A stretch of 64,000 bases of DNA, taken from contig JAOAEZ010000004.1 of assembly GCA_026416515.1 (NCBI GenBank), positions 41,227 through 105,226 of the forward strand, in the 5' to 3' direction. This DNA comes from Hydrogenophilus sp. (lineage in GTDB: Bacteria > Pseudomonadota > Gammaproteobacteria > Burkholderiales > Rhodocyclaceae). Below, piece by piece: positions 29,600 through 39,216 of the stretch. Each line of letters opens with the position of its first letter. The stretch's first letter is position 1. The position numbers and the translations under genes were made by a program. The notes beneath the pieces were generated by a model. It was not told the DNA's origin and ran no database searches. It was given only the letters and a program-made list of their open reading frames with translations.

Positions 29600-31145
29600 C
29601 GCGACTGCCTACCTCAAAAAGATCCTCACCGCTCGCGTCTATGACGTCGCGATCGAAACCCCCTTGCAACTGGCCCCCAACCTCTCCCGGCGTCTCGGGC
29701 AACGCGTCCTCCTCAAACGCGAAGATCTGCAACCCGTCTTCAGCTTTAAGCTGCGCGGCGCTTACAACAAGATCGCGCACCTCTCCCCGGAACAGCTCAG
29801 TCGAGGCGTTATCTGTGCTAGCGCCGGCAACCACGCTCAAGGAGTTGCCCTCGCTGCCAAGCGGATCAGTGAACGGCAAGGGTATCCTGTGCGTGCCCTT
29901 ATCGTCATGCCCACCACCACGCCCACCATTAAAATCGAAGCGGTTCGCGCCCGTGGGGGCGAAGTAGTGCTCGCCGGTGAATCCTACTCCGACGCCTATG
30001 CGTTCGCTCAACGCCTCGCCGAAGAAGAGCAACTCACCTTCATTCATCCCTTTGACGACCCCGACGTGATCGCCGGTCAAGGAACAATCGCTTTAGAACT
30101 TCTTCGGCAACACCCCGAACCGCCTGATGCCGTCTTCTGTGCCGTCGGCGGTGGCGGGCTGATCGCCGGTATTGCGGTCTTTCTCAAAGCCCTCCGTCCC
30201 GACATTCGGATCATCGGCGTCGAAGCCGAAGACGCCGACGCGATGACCCGCTCGCTCGTCCTAGGGCGACGGGTAGAGCTCGACCAAGTGGGGCTCTTTG
30301 CCGACGGCGCAGCGGTCAAACTCGTCGGCGAAGAGACCTTTCGCCTCTGTCAAAAGTATGTCGATGAAACCATCGTCGTCACCAACGACGAGATCTGCGC
30401 CGCCATCAAAGACATCTTTGAAGAAACGCGAGCGATCCTCGAACCGGCCGGTGCCCTAGCGGTGGCCGGGCTCAAAGCCTGGGTGCGGCAAACCGCCAAA
30501 CGCCATCAAACCCTCATCGCCATCGCCTCGGGAGCCAACATGAACTTTGACCGGCTACGCTTTGTCGCCGAGCGCGCCGAACTAGGTGAACAACGCGAAG
30601 CCGTACTCGCCGTCACCATCCCTGAACGCCCTGGCTCCTTCAAAGCCTTCATTCAGCTCCTGGGGCACCGCACCATCACCGAATTCAACTACCGTTATGC
30701 CGACCCCGAAGAAGCGCACATCTTTGTCGGCGTCACCATCCACGATCGGCACGAAATCGTCGACCTCATCCGCAAACTCGCCGACGCGGGGCTACCGGCA
30801 ATAGACCTCACCGACAATGAACTCGCCAAAACCCACGTTCGCTACATGGTTGGCGGGCGAGCCCCTTATGTCGAAAACGAGCGTCTCTTTCGTTTCATCT
30901 TCCCAGAACGCCCTGGGGCTCTCATGAAATTCCTCACTGAGCTCCGTTCTGACTGGAACATCAGTCTCTTTCACTACCGCAACCATGGCGCTGACTACGG
31001 TCGGGTCCTCGCCGGCATGCAAGTCCCTCCTGCTGAAGAACGGGAATTTCGCGCCTTTCTTGCTCGTCTCGGCTACAGCTGGGTCGAAGAGACGGAAAAC
31101 CCTGCCTATCGTCTCTTTCTCGCTGCAGGTCGCTCCCCTGAGTGA
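29592..31145 (+). CDS. ilvA: Biosynthetic threonine ammonia-lyase
   Basis: KREDLQPVFSFKLRGAYN, ASAGNHAQG, VGGGGL, SGAN, two PERPG regulatory repeats. Confidence 0.98.
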   Translation: MNDATAYLKKILTARVYDVAIETPLQLAPNLSRRLGQRVLLKREDLQPVFSFKLRGAYNKIAHLSPEQLSRGVICASAGNHAQGVALAAKRISERQGYPVRALIVMPTTTPTIKIEAVRARGGEVVLAGESYSDAYAFAQRLAEEEQLTFIHPFDDPDVIAGQGTIALELLRQHPEPPDAVFCAVGGGGLIAGIAVFLKALRPDIRIIGVEAEDADAMTRSLVLGRRVELDQVGLFADGAAVKLVGEETFRLCQKYVDETIVVTNDEICAAIKDIFEETRAILEPAGALAVAGLKAWVRQTAKRHQTLIAIASGANMNFDRLRFVAERAELGEQREAVLAVTIPERPGSFKAFIQLLGHRTITEFNYRYADPEEAHIFVGVTIHDRHEIVDLIRKLADAGLPAIDLTDNELAKTHVRYMVGGRAPYVENERLFRFIFPERPGALMKFLTELRSDWNISLFHYRNHGADYGRVLAGMQVPPAEEREFRAFLARLGYSWVEETENPAYRLFLAAGRSPE

Positions 31146-31167
31146 CGCCCGCGGCGCTCTTTTCTCC

Positions 31168-31854
31168 TCATCTTCCCCCGTTCGGCACGTAGACCCCGGC
31201 GTCGGTCACCACCACATCGAGTCGCTCATCGTGGGGTTCGGGCCATACCGAACCCACCACCTGCCACGCAAATCCCACCCCTGCCGCGATTCCCTGCCAC
31301 CCCGTCGCGCGCCACACCGCCAACGTTCGATCGTAAAACCCCTTTCCATACCCCAACCGGAACCCCTCCCGGTCCACCGCCAAAAAGGGAACCAGCACCA
31401 CCTCTGGGCGCACCTCCTCCCCCTCAGCGGGCGCTGGTACGCCCATCGCATCGGCCGCCAATAGTGTTCCCTCTCTCCACGCCCGGAAACGCAAAGGCTC
31501 ATCCGCTCCCACTGTCACAGGCAACGCTCGTCGATCCCAAGCGGCGAATACCCCTCGCACATCGGGCTCCCCGGGCAGCGGCCAAAACAACCCTACCCAT
31601 CCCCTCCCTTCTCTCCCTCCCTTCCCTTCCCTGCCTCCTTCCTCTACCCCCGTCCACCACCGCTGCAACACCGCTGCCAACCGCTCGTTGGCGGCCTGCC
31701 ACTCTCCACGCGTCCACACCCTCCGTCGGACGCTCGCCATCGTGCTCCGCAGCTGTCGTCGCTCCTCTCTTCCCTCGCTGGAAGCGCCTCCCCACTCCCC
31801 TCTTCCTTCTCCGCCTCTCACCTCGTTGTTCTTCCTCCAAAGCCCTGCCGTCAT
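31168..31854 (-). CDS. 5-formyltetrahydrofolate cyclo-ligase (YgfA family)
   Basis: FWPLPGEPD, VLVPFLAVDREGFRLGYGKGFYDRTL, EPHDERLD.VVT. Confidence 0.92.
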   Translation of the reverse strand: MTAGLWRKNNEVRGGEGRGEWGGASSEGREERRQLRSTMASVRRRVWTRGEWQAANERLAAVLQRWWTGVEEGGREGKGGREGRGWVGLFWPLPGEPDVRGVFAAWDRRALPVTVGADEPLRFRAWREGTLLAADAMGVPAPAEGEEVRPEVVLVPFLAVDREGFRLGYGKGFYDRTLAVWRATGWQGIAAGVGFAWQVVGSVWPEPHDERLDVVVTDAGVYVPNGGR

Positions 31855-31873
31855 CCTGCGCTGATCTTTTACC

Positions 31874-31903
31874 TTGACACACGTCGCTAGCTTATGTTAA
31901 CTT
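31874..31903 (+). promoter_or_regulatory. sigma70-type promoter of pxpBCA
   Basis: TTGACA-N18-TAACTT with an extended -10 TG. Confidence 0.5.
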
Positions 31904-31967
31904 GTGCAATTCGGCAAACCCCATCGCCGTTCCTAACTGCACCCCTTCCCGCTCTTCTCCTTCCCTT

Positions 31968-32765
31968 ATGGAAAGCGAATATCCCCGTCTGCGTCCCCTC
32001 GGCGACGCTGCCTGGCTGCTCCAGCTTGGAGAAGCGCTAGACCCTGCCCTCATCGGCCGTGTGCGGGCGCTCACCGAACAGATCCAACATCTAAGCGCGC
32101 AACGCATTCCCCCCTGGGACCATCTCCAAGCCGTCGTCCCGGCGCTCTCCTCCCTTGCCTGCTGCTATGACCCCTTGCGCACCGACCCCGACCTCCTCGC
32201 AGCGCATCTCTTAGCGCTTGCCCGTGCCCCCCTTCCTCAACCCTCTTCCTCCGCTCCCGCGCGCACCTGGCGGCTTCCCATCTCTTTTCACCCCAACCAC
32301 GCCCCCGACCTCGCTGCCGCTGCCACTGCCCTCCACTGCACGCCTCCTCAACTCTGCGACACCCTCCTCGCCACCCCCCTTGAGGTCTATTTTCTCGGCT
32401 TTCTCCCCGGCTTTCCCTATATGGGGCCACTTCCCCCCTCTCTTCACCTCCCGCGCCGCTCGACCCCTCGCCTGCGGGTCCCCTCTCGCTCGGTAGCGAT
32501 CGCTGGTCCCCTTTGCGCGATTTACCCCTGTCAAACCCCCGGCGGCTGGCATCTGATCGGCCGCACCCCCCTCCCCCTCTGGTTTCCGCACCGTCGCCCC
32601 CCTGCGCTCCTCGCCCCTGGGGACCGGGTCATCTGGGCTCCCCTATCGGTGCGCGAATATCGCGCCCTTCGCGCCCAACTTCTCGACGGCCGACTCGACC
32701 CTTTTGCCTACTGCGATGGCCCTCTCCCCCCAACCCACCCTGCTCCTTCTGACAGGCGGTCGTGA
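31968..32765 (+). CDS. pxpB: 5-oxoprolinase subunit B
   Basis: PLGDAA, VVPA, YFLGFLPGFPYMG, PRRSTPR.RVP, IYP..TPGGWHLIGRT. Confidence 0.9.
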   Translation: MESEYPRLRPLGDAAWLLQLGEALDPALIGRVRALTEQIQHLSAQRIPPWDHLQAVVPALSSLACCYDPLRTDPDLLAAHLLALARAPLPQPSSSAPARTWRLPISFHPNHAPDLAAAATALHCTPPQLCDTLLATPLEVYFLGFLPGFPYMGPLPPSLHLPRRSTPRLRVPSRSVAIAGPLCAIYPCQTPGGWHLIGRTPLPLWFPHRRPPALLAPGDRVIWAPLSVREYRALRAQLLDGRLDPFAYCDGPLPPTHPAPSDRRS

Positions 32766-33765
32766 CACCACTGTTCAAGACCTCGGCCGCCCCCACCACC
32801 GCCACCTCGGTGTTGCCCTCTCCGGCGCGCTCGACCCTTTCCGTGCCGCCGCGCTCAACCTTCTCGTCGGCTCCCCTCCCGAAGCCGCCCTCCTCGAACT
32901 CGGCCCCATGGGGCTCACTCTCGCCGCCACCACCGCCCCCGCGCGGCTAGCCCTCAGCGACGGCGCGCGCGGCTGGATCGAACGAACCGACGGAGAAGAA
33001 GAACCTCTTCCCCCCTGGCGAACGGTCACGCTTGGCGTTGGTGACCGGCTGCGGGTCAACGTCTCCGCCCTTTCCTACCTCGCCGTCGAAGGTGGGATCG
33101 ACCTCCCTCCTGTCCTTGGCAGTCGTTCCACCCACACCCGAACCGGTACGGGTGGACTATCTGGTCGGCCTCTTGCCCCCGGCGACCACCTGCCGATCTT
33201 CTCCGCCACACCCGGCCCGGAACGAGTTGCCCCGCCTCCTTTTCCTTCCGACCCCTCCCCCATTCGTCTTCTCCTCGGCCCGCAGCAAGACCACTTTCTT
33301 CCGGAAGCTCTCACCGCGCTCCTCACCGCCTCCTGGACCCTCACCGCCACCCGCGACCGCATGGGCATTCGCCTCAGCGGCCCGCCGCTCCCGCATCGCA
33401 CTCGAGCCCACGCTGAAATTCTCTCTGAACCGGTCGTCCCCGGTGCCATTCAAGTCCCCCCCGACCAACAACCGATTCTCCTTCTTGCCGATGCCCAAAC
33501 CATCGGCGGCTATCCCAAAATCGCCGTCGTCATTGCAGCTGACCTCGGGCGGATAGCTGCCCTTCCCTCGGGCTCCTCGATCACCTTCATGGCGGTCCCT
33601 CTCGACGCCGCGCATGCGGCCCTTCGCGAACGCCATCAGCAACTTCACCGCTGGCGGCAATCGATTCGCCCTCTCTCCACCCCTCCCGCCGACGCGCTCC
33701 TCTGCAGTCATAATCTCATCAGCGGCGTAATCAATCCCCTTACCTTTGAAGAGGAATCGCGATGA
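32716..33765 (+). CDS. pxpC: 5-oxoprolinase subunit C
   Basis: TTVQDLGR, SGALD, VLGSRST, DRMGIRL, GAIQVP, DAQTIGGYPKI. Confidence 0.9.
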   Translation: MALSPQPTLLLLTGGRDTTVQDLGRPHHRHLGVALSGALDPFRAAALNLLVGSPPEAALLELGPMGLTLAATTAPARLALSDGARGWIERTDGEEEPLPPWRTVTLGVGDRLRVNVSALSYLAVEGGIDLPPVLGSRSTHTRTGTGGLSGRPLAPGDHLPIFSATPGPERVAPPPFPSDPSPIRLLLGPQQDHFLPEALTALLTASWTLTATRDRMGIRLSGPPLPHRTRAHAEILSEPVVPGAIQVPPDQQPILLLADAQTIGGYPKIAVVIAADLGRIAALPSGSSITFMAVPLDAAHAALRERHQQLHRWRQSIRPLSTPPADALLCSHNLISGVINPLTFEEESR

Positions 33766-34514
33766 ACGCTCTGCCCTCGCTCAACGCCGACGTTGGAGAA
33801 AGCTTTGGTCCCTGGCGGATGGGAGATGACGAAGCCCTCATCCCCCTGATTGACCGCGCCAACATCGCCTGTGGGCTCCACGCGGGCGACCCTCTCGTCA
33901 TGCAACGCACTGTTGACCTCTGCCGGCAACACGGCGTCGCCGTCGGTGCCCACCCCGGTTACCCCGACCTTCAAGGATTTGGGCGGCGACCGCTCACCCT
34001 TACCGCTGCCGAACTTCGCGCCTATCTCCTTTACCAACTCGGCGCACTCACCGCCTTCTGTCGGCTCGCGGGGGTAGCCCTCGCCCATGTCAAGCCCCAC
34101 GGGGCCCTCTATACCCAGGCTGCCGACGACCCCTCTCTTGCGCAGACCCTCGTCGGCGCCATCCGCGCCTTTGACCCCTCGCTTCCTCTTATCGTTCCGG
34201 CCTGCTCGCAACTCTCTCAAGCCGCCGAGGCAGCCGGTCAACCCCATCTCATTGAAATTTTCGCCGATCGCGGTTACGACGAAACAGGTCGTCTATTGCC
34301 GCGCGGCAAACCGGGGGCGCTCATCACCGACCCCCAAGCGGTTGCCCAGCGCGTCGCCGCGATGCTTCAGGCAGGCGGCCTTCTCACTGCCGACGGTCGG
34401 CTCATCCCCACCCGCATCGACACACTCTGCATTCACAGCGACACTCCCAACGCTGTCGCGATTGCTCGTCGGCTACGCGCCCTTCACAATCCCTCGCCTG
34501 CGGCGACCTCCTAG
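33762..34514 (+). CDS. pxpA: 5-oxoprolinase subunit A (LamB/YcsF family)
   Basis: LNADVGESFG, NIACGLHAGDP, GAHPGYPD..GFGRR, HVKPHGALY, FADRGY, TLCIHSD. Confidence 0.95.
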   Translation: MNALPSLNADVGESFGPWRMGDDEALIPLIDRANIACGLHAGDPLVMQRTVDLCRQHGVAVGAHPGYPDLQGFGRRPLTLTAAELRAYLLYQLGALTAFCRLAGVALAHVKPHGALYTQAADDPSLAQTLVGAIRAFDPSLPLIVPACSQLSQAAEAAGQPHLIEIFADRGYDETGRLLPRGKPGALITDPQAVAQRVAAMLQAGGLLTADGRLIPTRIDTLCIHSDTPNAVAIARRLRALHNPSPAATS

Positions 34515-34545
34515 CCGCACTAACCCACCATCTCGCTCTAACCTA

Positions 34546-34574
34546 TTGTCAACACCGCTCCCCTTCGCTACAAT
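34546..34574 (+). promoter_or_regulatory. sigma70-type promoter of the permease-binding protein pair
   Basis: TTGTCA-N17-TACAAT. Confidence 0.65.
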
Positions 34575-34603
34575 GAGGAAAGTCCGTACCTAAAGCCCCG
34601 GGG

Positions 34604-35545
34604 ATGGACCTTACCCTCCTCAACTATCCTATTTTTCTAGGCGTACTGATCGCCCTCTATGCCCTTCTTACCCTAGGGCTTAATATTCAATGGGGTTTTG
34701 CCGGTCTCTTTAACGCCGGCGTCGCCGGTTTCTTTGCGGTAGGCGCCTACACCTCTGCCCTCCTCACCGCTCCTCCCGACCCTGAGCGCATTCTCGGCCT
34801 GGAGCTTCCGGTGGCGGTCGGCTGGTTGGCGGCGACGGTGATGGCGGCGCTCATCGCCTGGCCCATCGGCAAAGTCACCCTTCGCTTTCGCGCTGACTAT
34901 TTAGCCATCGCCACAATCGGCATTGCCGAGATCATTCGTCTCATCCTTCGCAGCGAAGAGGCCCTCTCGGGAGGGGTACGGGGAATCACCCAGATACCGC
35001 GCCCTTTCGGGGATCTCCCCTATGAAGCCGCTCAACTCGCCTACCTCCTTCTCTCCTGGAGCCTCGTCGGGATCATCTACTGGGCCCTCGAGCGGCAAGT
35101 TCGCGCTCCTTGGGGACGGATGATGCGGGCGATTCGCGACAACGAAGCGGCCGCCGCCGCGATGGGCAAAGATGTTGAAGCTCGACGCCTCGAAGCCTTC
35201 ATCCTCGGGGCGGCGATCATGGGGCTGGCGGGAGCCCTCTACGTTCACTTCATGCGTGCGATCACTCCCGAAGCGATCGACCCGATGATGGTCACCTTTC
35301 TGGTTTGGATCATGCTGATCCTAGGTGGCTCTGGGAACAATCGCGGCGCCCTGCTCGGTACAGCCCTCATCTGGCTCATCTGGTCTGCCTCAGAGCTCCT
35401 CACCGACCGTCTTCCCGCCGAATATGCGACGCAAGCCAAGTATGTACGGCTCTTCGCGGTCGGCCTTCTGCTGCAGATCGTTCTTCGCTGGCGGCCCGCC
35501 GGTCTCTTACCGGAGCGTCTCTATTCCATCGGTCAGAAAGGATAA
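34604..35545 (+). CDS. Branched-chain amino acid type ABC permease (LivM-like)
   Basis: LGLNIQWGFAGLFNAG, RADYLAIATIG, WGRMMRAIRDNE, LILGGSGNN, RPAGLLPE. Confidence 0.92.
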   Translation: MDLTLLNYPIFLGVLIALYALLTLGLNIQWGFAGLFNAGVAGFFAVGAYTSALLTAPPDPERILGLELPVAVGWLAATVMAALIAWPIGKVTLRFRADYLAIATIGIAEIIRLILRSEEALSGGVRGITQIPRPFGDLPYEAAQLAYLLLSWSLVGIIYWALERQVRAPWGRMMRAIRDNEAAAAAMGKDVEARRLEAFILGAAIMGLAGALYVHFMRAITPEAIDPMMVTFLVWIMLILGGSGNNRGALLGTALIWLIWSASELLTDRLPAEYATQAKYVRLFAVGLLLQIVLRWRPAGLLPERLYSIGQKG

Positions 35546-35576
35546 AAACCTTCGTTCCTCGAAAGGAGAAACACTC

Positions 35577-36782
35577 ATGAAGCCTCGCAAACGCTCCCTT
35601 CTCCTCGCCCTAGCGGTGGCGGGGTTCTTCACCGCTACGCCGTATGCCCGAGCGCAAGAGGCGCGCGTCGCGCTCCTCAGCGGTATCACTGGCCCCATCG
35701 CCGGGATGGCTCCAGCGATGATCGCCAGCATGAAACTAGCGCTCGACCAAGCGAACGCGGCGGGTGGCCTCTCCTATGGCAAGCTCCTCTACCAAGAATT
35801 CGACGATGGTTGTAACCCGCAGATCGCCACCGACGCGATGACCAAAGCCGTCAACGTCTTCAAAGCCACCGCAGCGGTCGGCCCTGGCTGTTCAGGAGCG
35901 CTCCTCGCGGCGGCCAACTCTGTCTCGATTCCTGCGGGACTCCTCCTCATCTCCTCCTCAGCCACCAGCCCGAAAATCACCACCCTCGACGACAAGAACC
36001 TCGTCTACCGCACCGTTCCCTCCGACGACTACCAAGGGAAGGTCCTTGCTCGGGCGCTGCTCGCGCGCGGTTTCAAAAAAGTAGCGGTTGCCTATATCAA
36101 CAACGACTACGGCAAAGGGCTAGCCGACGCTTTCAAAGCCGAATTTGAAGCAAAGGGGGGCACCATCACCCAATTCCGCGGTCACGAAGACAAAAAGCCC
36201 TCTTATCGTGCCGACCTTGCTGAGCTCGCTAAAGGCGGAGCCGACACCCTCGTGCTCTTTGACTACGCCAACAGCTCAGGGCTCACCATCCTCAAGCAAG
36301 CCATTGAAAACAATTTCTTCAAAAACTACGTCGGCGCTGACGGCATGCGCGATGAAAACCTCATCAAGACCCTTGGTGCCGACAACCTCAAAACCTTTCT
36401 CGTTTCCGCTCCTGTTGGAGAAGCGGGGGAGGCCTACAACCGTTTTGCGGAAGCAGCCCGCAAAGCGGGGATCGATCCCAACGCCACCTTTGCGGCCACC
36501 AGCTATGACGCTGCCTTTCTCGTCGCACTCGCTCTAGAAGCCGCCAAAGGCGACAAAAGCAAGCTCCCGCAAGCCCTGCGAGCGGTTGCCACTGCTCCGG
36601 GTGAACCGATCCTCCCAGGCGAATGGGACAAAGCCAAAAAGCTCCTAGCGGCGGGCAAAGAGATCGACTACAAAGGCGCCTCGGGTGACCTCGAATTTGA
36701 TGCCGCCGGCGACGTTCCCGGCAGCTTTGCCCTCTTTGGAGTAGCGGGGAATACCTTTAAAGAACTGCAAAAAATGAATTAA
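35577..36782 (+). CDS. ABC transporter substrate-binding protein (Liv/Bra type)
   Basis: AAGGAG RBS, signal peptide, SATSPKIT, YRTVPSDDYQG, NNDYGKGL, YDAA, YKGASG. Confidence 0.92.
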   Translation: MKPRKRSLLLALAVAGFFTATPYARAQEARVALLSGITGPIAGMAPAMIASMKLALDQANAAGGLSYGKLLYQEFDDGCNPQIATDAMTKAVNVFKATAAVGPGCSGALLAAANSVSIPAGLLLISSSATSPKITTLDDKNLVYRTVPSDDYQGKVLARALLARGFKKVAVAYINNDYGKGLADAFKAEFEAKGGTITQFRGHEDKKPSYRADLAELAKGGADTLVLFDYANSSGLTILKQAIENNFFKNYVGADGMRDENLIKTLGADNLKTFLVSAPVGEAGEAYNRFAEAARKAGIDPNATFAATSYDAAFLVALALEAAKGDKSKLPQALRAVATAPGEPILPGEWDKAKKLLAAGKEIDYKGASGDLEFDAAGDVPGSFALFGVAGNTFKELQKMN

Positions 36783-36788
36783 TCCGCT

Positions 36789-36880
36789 GCAGCGTCTTTC
36801 GGTTTCCCGCCGCGAAAGGTCGCGCCCACGCTGCTGTAGACTTCCGCAAGAGGGGGGGGAAGTCTAACCCTTCCCTCTTG
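36789..36880 (+). other. Structured intergenic element with nested and competing hairpins
   Basis: GCAGCGT/ACGCTGC enclosing CTTTCG/CGAAAG; then TAGACTTCC/GGAAGTCTA and an overlapping alternative stem 36847-36859/36868-36880. Confidence 0.4.
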
Positions 36881-36954
36881 GGGTATCTTCCTCGTCCGCG
36901 CGCCCTCTATTCAGGTACAATTCGCCTCACCGGTTTTTCCTCTCCCCGTCGCGC

Positions 36955-39216
36955 ATGGCCTCTACCGGTTTCCTCCTTTCCCTCCTGGTGCCTCTTCTCC
37001 TCGGAATTTCGGCGGCTCTTGCTGCCGCCGCTCCACCCTCCTCTTCCTCCCCGGCGAAAGCCACCGTTTCCCCCTCTCTCTCCTCCTCACCCTCTCCTCG
37101 CTCCGCCGCACCCTCCCCCCGCCCTCCCCGCGCTGCTCGTCCCTCCTCTCCCCGTCCCTCGGGCACCTCCTCAGCCGCTGCCGGCAAACCCTCTTCCAAA
37201 CCGAGCGCCGTGCGCCCCTCCCGTTCCAAAGCTGCTGTCGCCCCTACCTCTACCCCCAAATCGGCCGTCCCCTCCTCTGCTCCCTCAGCAGCAACCTACC
37301 CCTCTTCTCAAGACCCGGTGGGTAAAGCCCGTGACGCCTTTGCGCGCGGTGATCTCCCTCAACTCCTCTCCCTAGAACCCCACACGCGCGGCGACCCCCT
37401 AGCCCCCTATGTCACTGCATGGCGTCTTACCCTTCAAATTCTCCGTGCCGACCCTACCCCTGACCCTCGGGAAATAGAGACTTTTCTCCAGCAGCATGCG
37501 GCCACAGCTGCTGCCGACCGGGTGCGGCGCGCTCAAGCCCAACAATACATTCGGCAAGGTCTCTGGGGAGAGGCGCTCCATACCCTGCAGCAACTCACCA
37601 GCCACGACCTCAGCAGCCGCTGTTGGCTTGCTCACGCCGAGCTAATGAATAACCCCACGGCGCCGGGGCACCGCGGGCGAGCGCTGGAACGCCTTGCCGC
37701 CACCTCCCGACTCAATGAGGACTGTGCCGGATATGTCACCGCGCTGCTCGCGCTCGAAATCATTCCTCCCGACGCCCTCCTCGCGCGTGCCCTCGCCACG
37801 CACTTTGAACACGGATTTGACGCGGCTCAACCCTGGCTCGCTCTCCTTGACCTCGACACCGCTCAGATCGCGCGGCGGCTTGCTCTGTTTGAAAAAAATC
37901 TTCCCGACCTTTCCCCTCCTCCCTCTCCCCTCTCGCGGGAAGAAGCGGTTGCCCTGGCGGCAGCGCTCATTCGACACGCCCGGCAAAATCCCCACCGCGC
38001 ATGGAACCTTCGCTCCCTCCTTCCTCCACCCCTTGCTGACGCGGTAGCTCGAGCTGCCTACCTCGTCGCCGCCCGTCAAAACCTCCCTGAAGCCCGTGCC
38101 TGGGCTGAACACTTTCCCTCCTCTCCCATCTGGCGTGAACCCGAGCGTTGGCGGCTGCGGCGGGCGCTCGCCGACGACGAATGGCACCGATTCCTCACCT
38201 ACCTCGCCCATCTCCCCACCGATGAACGGGAGCGGCGCGACTGGCGTTTTTGGCGCGCCTGGGCGCTCAAAGCCACGGGCGACACCGCTGCTGCCCGCAG
38301 CCTCTTAGAATCCCTTGTGCGCCAAGACGACTTCTGGGGGCTCCTCGCGGGCGAACTGATCGGCGCTCCCCTCTCGATCGTCCCCGACCCCGCTCCCAGC
38401 CCTCTCGCCGTTGCTGTGCTCCAGCGCGACCCCCACCTTGCGCTCATTCGCGCCCTTGCAGCCCGCGGCTGGCACCTCGAAGCCCGGCGGGAAGCTGAGC
38501 ACTACGGTCGCGCGCACGCCCACCCTATGCACAGCGAACGGCGGCGGGCAGCGGCCGAACTCCTGCACCGCGACGGCGAACACGACCTCGCCATTCGCCT
38601 TCTCGACGCTGCGGAAGACCTCAAAGCCTGGACCCTTCGCTATCCCACCCCCTGGAAAGCCACTCTCCTTAAAATCGCTGCTGCCGAACAGATCGACCCC
38701 GCCTGGGCCTACGGCGTGATGCGACAAGAAAGTCGGTTTCGTGCTGACGCCCGCTCCAGCGCAGGGGCGCTGGGTCTCATGCAGGTGATGCCTGCCACGG
38801 GGCAATGGCTCGCCAAAAAGCTCGGCGAACCGGCCTTTCGACCCCATCAACTCCTCGAACCCGAAACCAACGTTCGTTTTGGCATTACCTACCTGCGCCT
38901 CATGAGCGAGCAACTCGACGGCCATCCCGTTTTGGCCACCGGCGCTTACAACGCTGGTCCTGGGCGCATTCAGCGGCTACGGCGGACCCAAGATCTCACT
39001 GCCGATGCGGAACTTCTCGAAGCCCTCCGCTACATCGAGCTGATTCCGATCGACGAAACCCGCGACTACATTCGCAAAGTCCTTGCCAACACCGTCATCT
39101 ACAGCCACCTTCTCGGCAATCCGCAACCCATCACCCGTTGGCTCCTGCCCGACGCGCAACAAGCGGCTCGGCTTGCAGCCATCCAGAACACCCTTACTCC
39201 GGAGCGACACCCATGA
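36955..39216 (+). CDS. slt: Soluble lytic murein transglycosylase (Slt70-like)
   Basis: C-terminal SLT domain MRQESRF, GALGLMQVMPATG, YNAGPG, ETRDYIRKV; signal peptide followed by a long Ser/Pro linker. Confidence 0.88.
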   Translation: MASTGFLLSLLVPLLLGISAALAAAAPPSSSSPAKATVSPSLSSSPSPRSAAPSPRPPRAARPSSPRPSGTSSAAAGKPSSKPSAVRPSRSKAAVAPTSTPKSAVPSSAPSAATYPSSQDPVGKARDAFARGDLPQLLSLEPHTRGDPLAPYVTAWRLTLQILRADPTPDPREIETFLQQHAATAAADRVRRAQAQQYIRQGLWGEALHTLQQLTSHDLSSRCWLAHAELMNNPTAPGHRGRALERLAATSRLNEDCAGYVTALLALEIIPPDALLARALATHFEHGFDAAQPWLALLDLDTAQIARRLALFEKNLPDLSPPPSPLSREEAVALAAALIRHARQNPHRAWNLRSLLPPPLADAVARAAYLVAARQNLPEARAWAEHFPSSPIWREPERWRLRRALADDEWHRFLTYLAHLPTDERERRDWRFWRAWALKATGDTAAARSLLESLVRQDDFWGLLAGELIGAPLSIVPDPAPSPLAVAVLQRDPHLALIRALAARGWHLEARREAEHYGRAHAHPMHSERRRAAAELLHRDGEHDLAIRLLDAAEDLKAWTLRYPTPWKATLLKIAAAEQIDPAWAYGVMRQESRFRADARSSAGALGLMQVMPATGQWLAKKLGEPAFRPHQLLEPETNVRFGITYLRLMSEQLDGHPVLATGAYNAGPGRIQRLRRTQDLTADAELLEALRYIELIPIDETRDYIRKVLANTVIYSHLLGNPQPITRWLLPDAQQAARLAAIQNTLTPERHP

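Noticed and set aside
31855-31967. 6S RNA (ssrS) expected upstream of the ygfA-family gene
   Set aside because: The gap is only ~110 nt, is occupied by the pxpB promoter, and shows no long rod-like self-complementarity.
31968-33765. Urea carboxylase/allophanate hydrolase or KipI/KipA annotation
   Set aside because: Adjacency to a LamB/YcsF gene and absence of a biotin carboxylase fit PxpABC 5-oxoprolinase better.
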